From assembly GCA_035648675.1 (NCBI GenBank), contig DASRKZ010000100.1, forward strand, positions 1 through 42,494: a stretch of 42,494 bases of DNA, given 5' to 3'. Under the pieces are notes generated by a model, which was given only the letters and a program-made list of their open reading frames with translations, made no database searches and was not told where the DNA came from. This DNA is from Solirubrobacteraceae bacterium (GTDB lineage Bacteria > Actinomycetota > Thermoleophilia > Solirubrobacterales > Solirubrobacteraceae). Positions 9,551 to 18,435 of the stretch are shown piece after piece (within the stretch, counting starts at the first letter, position 1; each line of letters starts with the position of its first letter). The translations under genes were made by a program, and so were the position numbers.

Positions 9551-9661
9551 TTAGAAGACGGCGCGCAGGATCAAGACGAGCGCGACGAGCACGAGGAACA
9601 CCGCGAGCACGTACAGCAGTGCCCGGAACGCATTGTCCTCGCTACGTAGTGGGTTGAGCAT
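9551..9661 (-). CDS. 36-aa single-TM protein downstream of oxidase subunit III
   Basis: MLNPLRSEDNAFRALLYVLAVFLVLVALVLILRAVF; ATG 26 nt after the ctaE stop. Confidence 0.6.
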   Translation of the reverse strand: MLNPLRSEDNAFRALLYVLAVFLVLVALVLILRAVF

Positions 9662-9687
9662 GGCGGCTCTCGCCTGTCTGGACAGGC

Positions 9688-10302
9688 CTAGAGCACGTAA
9701 ACCGTGAAGTAGACGACTATCCACATGATGTCGACGAAGTGCCAGTAGATGCCTGGGATGTCGACGCCGCGGTGCTCCTCGGGGCTGTAGTGGCCGCGGA
9801 AGGCGCGGATGGTCACGATCGCCAGGAGGATGAGGCCGATGAGGACGTGGGCGCCGTGGAGGCCGGTGAGCGAGTAGAAGATCGTCTGCTGGGCGTGGTC
9901 CTGGGGGGCGAAGCCGATGTTCGCGTACTCGTTGATCTGGATGAAGAGGAACGTGCAGCCGAGGAGGAAGGTGGTGAGGATGCCCGCCTTCAGCCCGAAG
10001 CGGTTTCCCCGCTTGATCGACGTCTCGGCCCAGTGGAGCGTGAACGAGGATGAGACGAGGATCGCGGTGTTGAAGCCGGCGACTCCCTCCGGCAGGTGGG
10101 TGCCGGGCGCCGGCCACGGCTCGCCGGAGGCGATGCGGATGAAGAAGTAGGCCGTGAAGAAGGCCCCGAAGATCATCACCTCGGAGATGATGAAAAGCAG
10201 CATCCCCAGCAGCTGGGGCTCGACGCGCGAGCTGCGGTTCGCCGTCGGCGGTCCGTGGTGCTCGCCGTGGTCGGCGGCGTGGGCGATGCTCGCTGCCTCC
10301 AT
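9688..10302 (-). CDS. ctaE: Cytochrome c oxidase subunit III (short 5-TM form)
   Basis: GMLLFIISE, NTAILVSSS, TGLHGAHV, YWHFVD motifs. Confidence 0.95.
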   Translation of the reverse strand: MEAASIAHAADHGEHHGPPTANRSSRVEPQLLGMLLFIISEVMIFGAFFTAYFFIRIASGEPWPAPGTHLPEGVAGFNTAILVSSSFTLHWAETSIKRGNRFGLKAGILTTFLLGCTFLFIQINEYANIGFAPQDHAQQTIFYSLTGLHGAHVLIGLILLAIVTIRAFRGHYSPEEHRGVDIPGIYWHFVDIMWIVVYFTVYVL

Positions 10303-10312
10303 CGGGGCCTCT

Positions 10313-11161
10313 CTAGCCCGCCGCGGCCGGGGCCGCGGTCGTGTTGGCCTGGAGGTCGACGACGACGTGCTCGACCTTCGCCGAGGTGGCGTGGCGTACG
10401 CGCTCGATCAGGTTCGAGCGCATCCAGCCGGAGCGTTCGCCGGGAAGCGTCGAGATCACCACGTCGTCGACCCTGAACAGCTCGAGGGCGTTGATGGCGG
10501 CCGTGTAGGGGTCGGGATCGCCGATCATGCCCGAGCCGATCAGCTCGGCGTTGTGGAGGCGATCGAGCATCGCCGCGAGACGCGCGCGCGCCTCGCGCGG
10601 CGCCGAGCCGCTGCCGTCTTGGAGCGGGACGACGGCGATGAACACGTGCCGGCGGCCGTCCGCGGCCTTCTCCCGGAGATGCTCGAGGAGCTCCTCGCCG
10701 CTCGCCGTCTTATTCGCCAGGACGAGCGTGACGAGGAACGGCAGGCCCTCCTGCTCGAGGTCGGTCACGATGTGCTCGACCGGCAGTCCGGAGGCGTTGT
10801 GGATGCGCTCGATCAGATCCCTGCGCAGCCATCCCGACTGGGTCGCGGGGTAGCTGGAGAGGATGATCTCGTCGGGCCGGCGCTCGGCGATCGCGTCCAT
10901 CGTCGCCGAGAAGGGGTCTGGATCGCCGACTTCCCCGGTCGCCTCGATCCCCTCGCCGGCCACCAGCGAGATCGCCAGGTCGACTCGTACCTGGGCCGAT
11001 TCGCGGACGGCCTCGTCGTAGATGACCAGGCCGGCGGAGGGCTTGCTCTGGGGGACGACCAGGCGAAAGCGGACATCGCCGCTCGCGGCGCGCTCGCGGA
11101 CCGTGTCGATCAGCTTCTTGCCTCCGAGCGTCCGGTTGGCGACCACCAGGATTTCCTTCAT
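10313..11161 (-). CDS. Protein with two tandem USP-like alpha/beta domains
   Basis: Internal duplication: LVVANRT..GDPDP..SGWLRRDLIER..VEH / LVLANKT..GDPDP..SGWMRSNLIER..VEH. Confidence 0.75.
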   Translation of the reverse strand: MKEILVVANRTLGGKKLIDTVRERAASGDVRFRLVVPQSKPSAGLVIYDEAVRESAQVRVDLAISLVAGEGIEATGEVGDPDPFSATMDAIAERRPDEIILSSYPATQSGWLRRDLIERIHNASGLPVEHIVTDLEQEGLPFLVTLVLANKTASGEELLEHLREKAADGRRHVFIAVVPLQDGSGSAPREARARLAAMLDRLHNAELIGSGMIGDPDPYTAAINALELFRVDDVVISTLPGERSGWMRSNLIERVRHATSAKVEHVVVDLQANTTAAPAAAG

Positions 11162-11177
11162 CGGGTGTACTCCCTCC

Positions 11178-13097
11178 TCATTCGCTGGGGGCTCGGACGA
11201 TGCCGGCTCCGGCTGTGGCGGCTCCGGCTCTGGCTGAGGCAGGGGTCGGGGCGAGGATCGCGTGCACCGCTCCGGGCACTCCGTACTCGTACGGACCGCC
11301 GACGATCGTCGGAACCCTGTCGAAGTTGAAGATCGGCGGCGGCGAGGACACCTGCCACTCCAGGGTCATGCCTCGCCACGGGTTGCTCACGGCGCGAGTT
11401 CCGCCACGCCAGCTGGTGACCATGTTGTAGACGAACAGCAGCGTGCTGAAGCCGATGCCGAGGCTGGCGATCGAGATGAACAGGTTCAGGTCGGCGAACT
11501 TCGCCGCGTAGGAGGCGACGCGGCGGGGCATGCCCTGCAGACCGAGGACGTGCATCGGTCCGAAGGTCAGGTTGAAGAAGACGAAGGTGGTCCAGAAGTG
11601 CCACTTGCCCAGGCGCTCGTCGTACATGCGCCCGGTCATCTTCGGGAACCAGTAGTAGACGCCGGCGAAGATCGTCATCAGCGAGCCGCCGAAGAGCACG
11701 TAGTGGATGTGGGCCACGATGAAGTAGGTGGCGCTCACGTGGATGTCGAACGGGACCATCGCGAGCATCACGCCGCTGATCCCGCCGAGGGTGAACGTCG
11801 TGAGGAAGCCGAGCGCGAACAGCATCGGCGTGTCCAGGTGGAGCACCCCTCGCCAGAGCGTCGCCAGCCAGGAGAAGATCTTGATGCCGGTCGGAACGGC
11901 GATGATGCAGGTGGTGACCGCCATCGGGATGCGGATCCAGGCGGCCATCCCGGAGGTGAACATGTGGTGGGCCCAGACGGTGAAGCCGAGCACGACGATC
12001 GCCAGCAGCGAGAAGGCCATCATCCGGTAGCCGAAGATCGGCTTGCGGGACTTCACGGCGATGATCTCGGAGATGATTCCGAAGCCGGGCAACATCATGA
12101 TGTAGACCGCCGGGTGGGAGTAGAACCAGAAGACGTGCTGGTACATCAGCACGTTGCCACCCTTCGCGGCGTTGAAGAAGTTGAAGCCGAGCGTGCGATC
12201 GAGCAGCACGAAGAACTGGGACGCGGCGATGAACGGCGTGGCGATCACGACCAGCAGAGACGTCGCGAAGTTCGCCCACACGAGCAGCGGCATGCGGAAG
12301 AAGCTCATCCCCGGAGCGCGCATGGTGATGATCGTGACGAGGAAGTTCAGCGCGGTCATGATCGACGAGGCGCCCGCGAACTGGACGCCGAGCGAGAAGA
12401 AGGTCTGTCCCACCGGTGCGTCGATCGACAGCGGCGCGTATGCGGTCCAGCCGTCGGCGAAGGCCCCGCCCGGCGCGAAGAAGCTGCCGAGCATCAGCGC
12501 TCCCGCGACCGGCAGCAGCCAGTAGGAGAGGGCGTTCAGGCGCGGGAAGGCCATGTCGGGGGCCCCGATCATCAGCGGCAGCACGAAGTTGGCGAGGCCC
12601 GCGAACACGGGGATCACGAACAGGAAGATCAGGATCGAGGCGTGGACCGAGAACAGGCCGTTGTAGGTGTTGGCGCTCACGAACTGCGCGCCCGGCTGTG
12701 CGAGCTCGGCGCGCATCATCAGGCCGATCAGGCCACCGACGAGCAGGAAGAAGAAGGAGGTGACCGTGTACTGCACGCCGATCACCTTGTGGTCGGTGTT
12801 GACGCGGAAGTAGTCCCTCCAGCTGTGTGCTCCATGGCTGGAGTGGTCCTCGGGGCGCGTCGGACGCCCGATCGCCCAGTAGAACCAGTAGTCGAAGCCG
12901 CCGATCCCGACGAGGAAGAGCAGCGGCACGACGATCAGCGAGACGGTCAGGATCGCTTCGCCGGAGAGGTAGTGATTGAACGTGGTGTGGCCGGTCGAGG
13001 ACCGTACCAGCCAGGTCAGCCCGGCGGCGAAGGCCACGCCGAGCGGCATCAACCAGCCGGCGCGGTAGAAGCCGGGTGCACGGAATTTCGCGGCCAT
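11178..13097 (-). CDS. ctaD: Heme-copper oxidase subunit I, type A2, with N-terminal extra TM helices
   Basis: TDHK, heme-a His (SVHAS), PDMAFPRLN, WFYSHPAVY, WAHHMF, PTGIK, AHIHY; start set at ATG 13097. Confidence 0.95.
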   Translation of the reverse strand: MAAKFRAPGFYRAGWLMPLGVAFAAGLTWLVRSSTGHTTFNHYLSGEAILTVSLIVVPLLFLVGIGGFDYWFYWAIGRPTRPEDHSSHGAHSWRDYFRVNTDHKVIGVQYTVTSFFFLLVGGLIGLMMRAELAQPGAQFVSANTYNGLFSVHASILIFLFVIPVFAGLANFVLPLMIGAPDMAFPRLNALSYWLLPVAGALMLGSFFAPGGAFADGWTAYAPLSIDAPVGQTFFSLGVQFAGASSIMTALNFLVTIITMRAPGMSFFRMPLLVWANFATSLLVVIATPFIAASQFFVLLDRTLGFNFFNAAKGGNVLMYQHVFWFYSHPAVYIMMLPGFGIISEIIAVKSRKPIFGYRMMAFSLLAIVVLGFTVWAHHMFTSGMAAWIRIPMAVTTCIIAVPTGIKIFSWLATLWRGVLHLDTPMLFALGFLTTFTLGGISGVMLAMVPFDIHVSATYFIVAHIHYVLFGGSLMTIFAGVYYWFPKMTGRMYDERLGKWHFWTTFVFFNLTFGPMHVLGLQGMPRRVASYAAKFADLNLFISIASLGIGFSTLLFVYNMVTSWRGGTRAVSNPWRGMTLEWQVSSPPPIFNFDRVPTIVGGPYEYGVPGAVHAILAPTPASARAGAATAGAGIVRAPSE

Positions 13098-13108
13098 CAG
13101 CGACAAGA

Positions 13109-13864
13109 TTACCCCGCGCTCGCAGTCGGAGCGGCGCTGGTCTGGCTCTTTAGCCACGCCTGGAACTGGGCGCGCGGGACGACGTGCACGGCGGAGCGCA
13201 TCGTGGAGTGCCCGATCCCGCAGAGGAGGTTGCAGACGACCGGGTAGGTGCCGAGCCGGTCGGGCGTGGCCCGGTAGTGGGTGGTGATCCCGGGGACCAC
13301 GTCCTCCTGCAGGCGGAAGGCCGGAATCCAGAAGGCGTGGATGACGTCCTTGGACTGCATGTTGAAGTACACCGTGTCGCCCATCGGGATGTAGAGCTGA
13401 TCGGAGCTCAGCGGCTTACCGCCGGTCACCGCGGCGGGGTACTCATACGACCAGTAGAACTGCTGGCCGGTCACCCCGATCTGGATTTCCGGCACCCCGC
13501 TGGGCTTCTTTTCGTTGTCGTTCAGGATCACGAAGGAGTAGGAGACCAGTCCGAGCAGGATCAGCGCGGGGATCGTCGTCCAGATCACCTCCAGGCGCGT
13601 GTTCCCGTGGATCGGAGGCCCATCCTTGAGCTCCTCGCCCGGCTTCATCCGGAACTGCCAGACGGAGTAGAGGATCACCGTCACGACGAGCACGAAGATC
13701 GGTATCGAGACGTCGACGAGGACGTGGTAGAGCCTGTCGGTGTTGTGCGCCTGGGTGGAGGCCTGGACCGGGAACCAATGGATCGTGTAGCCCAGGACGA
13801 TGCCGATCGCCGTGGCGATCAGGGCCGCCACGATCGCGAGGACGAGCGGGCGCTGCTTAGACAT
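13109..13864 (-). CDS. ctaC: Cytochrome c oxidase subunit II (copy 1), no fused cytochrome c
   Basis: HGNTRLEVIWT, DVIHAFW, CuA motif CNLLCGIGHSTM. Confidence 0.93.
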   Translation of the reverse strand: MSKQRPLVLAIVAALIATAIGIVLGYTIHWFPVQASTQAHNTDRLYHVLVDVSIPIFVLVVTVILYSVWQFRMKPGEELKDGPPIHGNTRLEVIWTTIPALILLGLVSYSFVILNDNEKKPSGVPEIQIGVTGQQFYWSYEYPAAVTGGKPLSSDQLYIPMGDTVYFNMQSKDVIHAFWIPAFRLQEDVVPGITTHYRATPDRLGTYPVVCNLLCGIGHSTMRSAVHVVPRAQFQAWLKSQTSAAPTASAG

Positions 13865-13965
13865 CGGCGACGATGACTCCAGGGCGGGGGGAAACGTCTT
13901 TGGGGGCGAGCCTCTCCATCGCGATGCGTGATCCTATTGCCTTCGCCTGACGAACGCCCGAGACC

Positions 13966-13994
13966 TTGACCGCGGAAGCTCCGAGGACTAGATT
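13966..13994 (+). promoter_or_regulatory. sigma70-type promoter for the CBS gene
   Basis: TTGACC-17 nt-TAGATT upstream of ATG 14060. Confidence 0.6.
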
Positions 13995-14059
13995 GAGGCA
14001 ATCGTTGCAAATACCGAGCCGGTGGGTTTGCCTCGGCGCGAGGTGGGAAGGAGAAGGCT

Positions 14060-14476
14060 ATGCAGGTACGAGACGGGATGAGCTCGATGGTCCTCACGGT
14101 TGGACCCGACCACACATTGCGCGACACCGCACGGCTGATGTCCGAGCGCAAGGTGGGCGCGGCGGTCGTGATCGACCCCGAGGGCAGCGGGCCGGGGATC
14201 ATCACCGAGCGAGACATCCTCCACTCCGTCGGTGCCGGGCACGACCCCGACCACGAGGTCGTCTCCGAGAACCTCACACGGGACGTTGTGTTCGCCGCTC
14301 CGGATTGGTCTCTGGAGGAGGCCGCCGCGGAGATGGTGCGCGGCTCCTTCCGCCACCTGATCGTCCTCGAGGAGGGAGAGACCGTGGGAATCCTCTCCGT
14401 ACGCGACATCGTGCGCTGCTGGACCAAGGACGGAGCGATCTGCCCTGTGCTGCCTGCAAGTGCCGCCGCGGAGTGA
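14060..14476 (+). CDS. CBS-domain pair protein
   Basis: GIITERDI and GILSVRDI CBS repeats; AGGAG RBS upstream. Confidence 0.92.
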   Translation: MQVRDGMSSMVLTVGPDHTLRDTARLMSERKVGAAVVIDPEGSGPGIITERDILHSVGAGHDPDHEVVSENLTRDVVFAAPDWSLEEAAAEMVRGSFRHLIVLEEGETVGILSVRDIVRCWTKDGAICPVLPASAAAE

Positions 14477-14479
14477 GAG

Positions 14480-14701
14480 TCAGTCGAGCGGGAGCTCGTC
14501 GATCTCGCGGCGGGTGTCGCCGATCCAGCGGAAGATGCAGTAGAGCGTGAGCAGCACGCCGATGACCGTGAACTCGATGAAGGTCGTGATGCCCACGAGC
14601 GTCAGCGTGACGCCCACCGCGGTCAAGATCGGGAGGATGCTCGGGCCCGGCAGGTGGATCTCTTCGCCGACGGGCGGGATCTCGGGGTCGAGCGGGCTCA
14701 T
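14480..14701 (-). CDS. Two-TM oxidase accessory subunit (subunit IV/CtaF-like, 73 aa)
   Basis: EIHLPGPSILP followed by two TM helices and RW; the ATG overlaps the stop of the upstream ORF (ATGA). Confidence 0.7.
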   Translation of the reverse strand: MSPLDPEIPPVGEEIHLPGPSILPILTAVGVTLTLVGITTFIEFTVIGVLLTLYCIFRWIGDTRREIDELPLD

Positions 14702-14811
14702 GAGATGTAGAGGGCGGCGACCACGAACGTGATGCCGAACATGAACATGCAGATCCCGCACGCGATCAGTCCGGTGCGGATGTTCTTACGTGCGAGGCGT
14801 CGGGTCATCAT
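14698..14811 (-). CDS. 37-aa single-TM protein (not in ORF track)
   Basis: MMTRRLARKNIRTGLIACGICMFMFGITFVVAALYIS; basic N-terminus then TM; translationally coupled to the next ORF. Confidence 0.6.
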   Translation of the reverse strand: MMTRRLARKNIRTGLIACGICMFMFGITFVVAALYIS

Positions 14812-14826
14812 GGGCAGAGACGCATT

Positions 14827-15762
14827 CTATAGATGGGCGTCGGCGACCATCGCGCAGAACAGCAACGCCAGGTAGGCGAGCGAGAAGAGATACAGCTGAA
14901 GCGCGCTCCGGCGGTCGGCCCGCCGGTAGAGACGGATCGCCCCGGCGATGAAGCCGAGGCCGAGCACGACCGAGGCGACCAGGTAGATATCGCCGAAGCC
15001 CCCCGCGCAGAACGGGAGTTGCGTGACGGCGTAGAGAAGCACGGTGTAGAGCAGGATCTGGCGACGGGTCTCGGCCTCGCCCCGGACGACGGGCAGCATC
15101 GGCACGTTGACCTTCGCGTACTCGTCCTTCATCAGCAGGCTCAGCGCCCAGAAGTGGGGGGGCGTCCAGAAGAAGATGATGAAGAACAGCAGCACCGCCG
15201 TGCCGCTCAGCGACCCGGTGACGGCGGCCCAGCCGACGAGCGGGGGGATCGCGCCGGCGGCCCCGCCGATCACGATGTTCTGTGGCGTGCGCCGCTTCAG
15301 CCAGACCGTGTAGAGGAAGACGTAGCCGAGGAAGCCCGCGAAGGAGAGACTCGCGGCGAGCACGTTTACGGTCAGCGAGAGCTCGAGGAACGACAGCGCG
15401 GCGAGCGTGCAGCCGAAGGCGAGCGCGGCGTTCGGGGATACCCGCCCGGAGGGGACCGGTCGCGTGGCGGTGCGGGCCATCCGCGCGTCGATGTCGCGGT
15501 CATACCAATGGTTGACCGCCCCCGCGCCGCCCGCCGAGAGGTAGCCGCCGAGGCAGGTCAGCGCGACCAGCGACAGCGACGGGTCGCCGGCGACATACAT
15601 CGTGGCGATCGTCGTCAACAGCAGCAGCGACTGGACCTTCGGCTTGGTCAGCTCGACGTAGTCGGCCAGCACCTGACGCGTGCGCGGCGCCAAGCCGACC
15701 GATCGAAGATCGTCCAGCGGCGCCTCGATCACTCCGGCGGCGCCGGTTGGGCGCGCGTTCAT
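14827..15762 (-). CDS. ctaB: Protoheme IX farnesyltransferase (heme o synthase)
   Basis: LTKP, DRDIDARMARTATRP, LKRRTPQNIVIGG, WTPPHFWAL. Confidence 0.96.
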   Translation of the reverse strand: MNARPTGAAGVIEAPLDDLRSVGLAPRTRQVLADYVELTKPKVQSLLLLTTIATMYVAGDPSLSLVALTCLGGYLSAGGAGAVNHWYDRDIDARMARTATRPVPSGRVSPNAALAFGCTLAALSFLELSLTVNVLAASLSFAGFLGYVFLYTVWLKRRTPQNIVIGGAAGAIPPLVGWAAVTGSLSGTAVLLFFIIFFWTPPHFWALSLLMKDEYAKVNVPMLPVVRGEAETRRQILLYTVLLYAVTQLPFCAGGFGDIYLVASVVLGLGFIAGAIRLYRRADRRSALQLYLFSLAYLALLFCAMVADAHL

Positions 15763-15808
15763 CGCCGGGGCTCCCCACCACGCACGGCGCGGGGCGCGAA
15801 GCTCACTG

Positions 15809-17512
15809 CTACACCCCTACCTGCGTTGCTCCGGCGGGCACCGTGGCGCCACCGGCGACGGCTGCCCCGCTGCTCCGCCGCTGCACCTCGCGGCGGATGT
15901 CCTTCATCGGTTCCACCGAGCGCACGAGCGGGACCACGTCGAAGTTGTTGACCGGGGGCGGCGAGGCCGTGAACCACTCGAGCGTGTTCGCCTTCCACGG
16001 GTCGGGTCCGGCGATCACGCCCACCTTCAGGCTGCGGGCGACGTTGATGATCGTCACGATCACTCCGGCGGCGAGGATGAACGAGCCGACGGTGGAGATC
16101 TGGTTGTAGAGCGCGAGATGCCCGACGTTGTCGTACTCGTAGACGCGTCTCGGCATCCCGTCGAGGCCCATCACGTGCTGGATCAGGAAGGTGGCGAGGA
16201 AGCCGAAGAACATCAGGTAGAAGCTCAGCTTGCCGAGGCCTTCGTCGAGCATCCGCCCGGTGATCTTCGGGAACCAGTAGTAGATCGCGGCGAAGATCGT
16301 GAACACCGAGCCACCGACGAGCACGAAGTGGATGTGGGCGACGACGAAGTAGGTTTCGTTCAGCTGCCAGTCGACCGGGAAGACGGCGAGGAACACCCCC
16401 GAGATGCCACCGATCAGGAACAGCGCGATGAAGCCGACGCAGAACAGCAGCGGCGTTCTGAATTCGATCGTCCCGCGCCACAGGGTGGCGATCCAGTTGA
16501 GCATCTTCACGCCCGTCGGGATCGCGATGATGAACGAGCTGAGCATCACGAACACGAGGATCGCCTCGGGGATCGGCGTCGTGAACATGTGGTGCGCCCA
16601 GGTGAGGAAGCCGAGGAACCCGATCGCCACGGTCGAAGCCGCGATCGCCTTGTAGCCGAAGATCGGCTTGCGCGCGAACACCGGCAGGATCTCCGAGACG
16701 ATGCCGAAGCCCGGCAACACCATGATGTAGACCTCGGGGTGCCCGAAGAACCAGAAGAGGTGCTGCCAGAGCAGCGCCGAGCCGCCGTTCGCCGGATCGA
16801 AGAAGTGCGTGCCGAAGTGGCGGTCGGTGAGCAGCATCGTCACGGCTCCGGCGATCACCGGCATCGCGACGATGATCAGGATCGAGTAGGTGAGGATCGC
16901 CCAGATGAACAGCGGCAGACGGCCCCAACTCATGCCGCGGGCGCGCATGTTGGCGATCGTCGCGTAGAAGTTGACCGCCCCCAGGATCGAGGAGATCCCC
17001 GTCAGGTGGATCAGGTAGATCCACGCGTCCTGGCCGCCGCTCGGCGAGTAGATCGCGTTGGACAGCGGCGCGTAGCTCGTCCAGCCGGCTTCCGGCGGAT
17101 TCCAGAAGATCGAGGCGTAGAAGACGATTCCGCCGGCCAGCAGCAGCCAGAACGAGAGCGCGTTCAGACGCGGAAAGGCCATGTCGCGGGCGCCGATCAT
17201 CAGCGGCACGAAGTAGTTCGCCAGGCCCGCCATCATCGGTACGACGAACAGGAAGATCATCGTCGTCCCGTGCATCGTGAACAGCTGGTTGTAGGTCTGG
17301 GGGGTCACCAGCGTGTTGTTCGGTGCGCCCAGCTGCAGGCGCATCATCAGCGCCTCGACGCCCCCGAGGCAGAAGAACACGAACGTCGTGACCATGTACA
17401 TGATCCCGATCCGCTTGTGGTCGGTGGTGGTGATCCAGCTGCTCCAGCCGTCCTTCTCTCGCTCGGCTCTATGAGCTACTACCTGGGGGACTGGGGCTAC
17501 GTAGGTGGCCAT
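15809..17512 (-). CDS. ctaD: Cytochrome c oxidase subunit I, type A1
   Basis: TTDHKRIG, TMHGTTM, DMAFPRLN, WFFGHPEVY, WAHHMF, PTGVK, AHIHF. Confidence 0.96.
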   Translation of the reverse strand: MATYVAPVPQVVAHRAEREKDGWSSWITTTDHKRIGIMYMVTTFVFFCLGGVEALMMRLQLGAPNNTLVTPQTYNQLFTMHGTTMIFLFVVPMMAGLANYFVPLMIGARDMAFPRLNALSFWLLLAGGIVFYASIFWNPPEAGWTSYAPLSNAIYSPSGGQDAWIYLIHLTGISSILGAVNFYATIANMRARGMSWGRLPLFIWAILTYSILIIVAMPVIAGAVTMLLTDRHFGTHFFDPANGGSALLWQHLFWFFGHPEVYIMVLPGFGIVSEILPVFARKPIFGYKAIAASTVAIGFLGFLTWAHHMFTTPIPEAILVFVMLSSFIIAIPTGVKMLNWIATLWRGTIEFRTPLLFCVGFIALFLIGGISGVFLAVFPVDWQLNETYFVVAHIHFVLVGGSVFTIFAAIYYWFPKITGRMLDEGLGKLSFYLMFFGFLATFLIQHVMGLDGMPRRVYEYDNVGHLALYNQISTVGSFILAAGVIVTIINVARSLKVGVIAGPDPWKANTLEWFTASPPPVNNFDVVPLVRSVEPMKDIRREVQRRSSGAAVAGGATVPAGATQVGV

Positions 17513-17524
17513 CTTTTTCGATCC

Positions 17525-18370
17525 TTAGGGGTTCTCGACCCGTCCGGGGCCGGTCTGGGAGTTCAGCTTGGCGCGCTCGACCTTCGCTTCGGCGTTGGCA
17601 GCTGCGATCTCCTGCTTCTGGTAGGCGAGCCAGGCGTCGAACTGCGCGGGTGGGACGGCCTTCACGCTCGCCCTCATCGTCGCGTGGCCGCGACCGCAGA
17701 GGGCTGCGCACTGACCGCGGTAGACCCCGGGCTTCGAGATCTTGAACCACGAGTAGTTGTGGTAGCCGGGCACGGCCTGGAACTTGCCCCCGAGTTCGGG
17801 GATCCACCACGAGTGGACGACGTCCGCGGAGACGATGTCGAGCGTGACGGTGGTTTCCGTCGGTACGACCATCTGCACGTAGGAGTAGGGCGCGCCCAGG
17901 CCGTCGGATTCGCTTGAGCCCGGATAGGGATAGATGTACTGCCAGATGTACTGCCGGCCGATGACGGTGATGTTCAGGGATTTGCCGTTCGGGGGGAGCT
18001 TGCGTTCGTTGCTCGCGTACAGCAGCCCGCTATCGCCGGAGAGCTGGTCGCCGCTGGGGCCGGAGTTGGCCGGGTCCTGGATCGAGGAGAGCTTGGCGAA
18101 GGTGAGCACCGCGAGCCCGACGAGAATCACCGCGGCGGCGACCGTCCAGCCGACCTCCAAGCGCGTGTTCCCGCGGATCTGCGCCGGGACGGCGCCCTTG
18201 CGCGCCCGGAACTTCCAGAGCGCGTAGCCGAGGGCGCCCTCGACGGCCACGAAGATCACGAGCGCCACGTAGAGCGTGATCTTGTAGAGCGTGTCGATTT
18301 CGTCCGCGTTCGACGAGCCCCCCGACTTGGGCGTGAAGAAGGCAAGCGTTGAGAGGACGAGATGACTCAA
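17525..18370 (-). CDS. ctaC: Cytochrome c oxidase subunit II (copy 2), no fused cytochrome c
   Basis: GNTRLEVGWT, DVVHSWW, CuA motif CAALCGRGHATM; start placed at TTG 18370, 10 nt after TAGAAT. Confidence 0.9.
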   Translation of the reverse strand: MSHLVLSTLAFFTPKSGGSSNADEIDTLYKITLYVALVIFVAVEGALGYALWKFRARKGAVPAQIRGNTRLEVGWTVAAAVILVGLAVLTFAKLSSIQDPANSGPSGDQLSGDSGLLYASNERKLPPNGKSLNITVIGRQYIWQYIYPYPGSSESDGLGAPYSYVQMVVPTETTVTLDIVSADVVHSWWIPELGGKFQAVPGYHNYSWFKISKPGVYRGQCAALCGRGHATMRASVKAVPPAQFDAWLAYQKQEIAAANAEAKVERAKLNSQTGPGRVENP

Positions 18371-18435
18371 GGCGGCGGGGATTCTATTCAGCCCTGGACG
18401 GGACGCGCTTGATGACTTTTGCCACGAGGGTCGAT

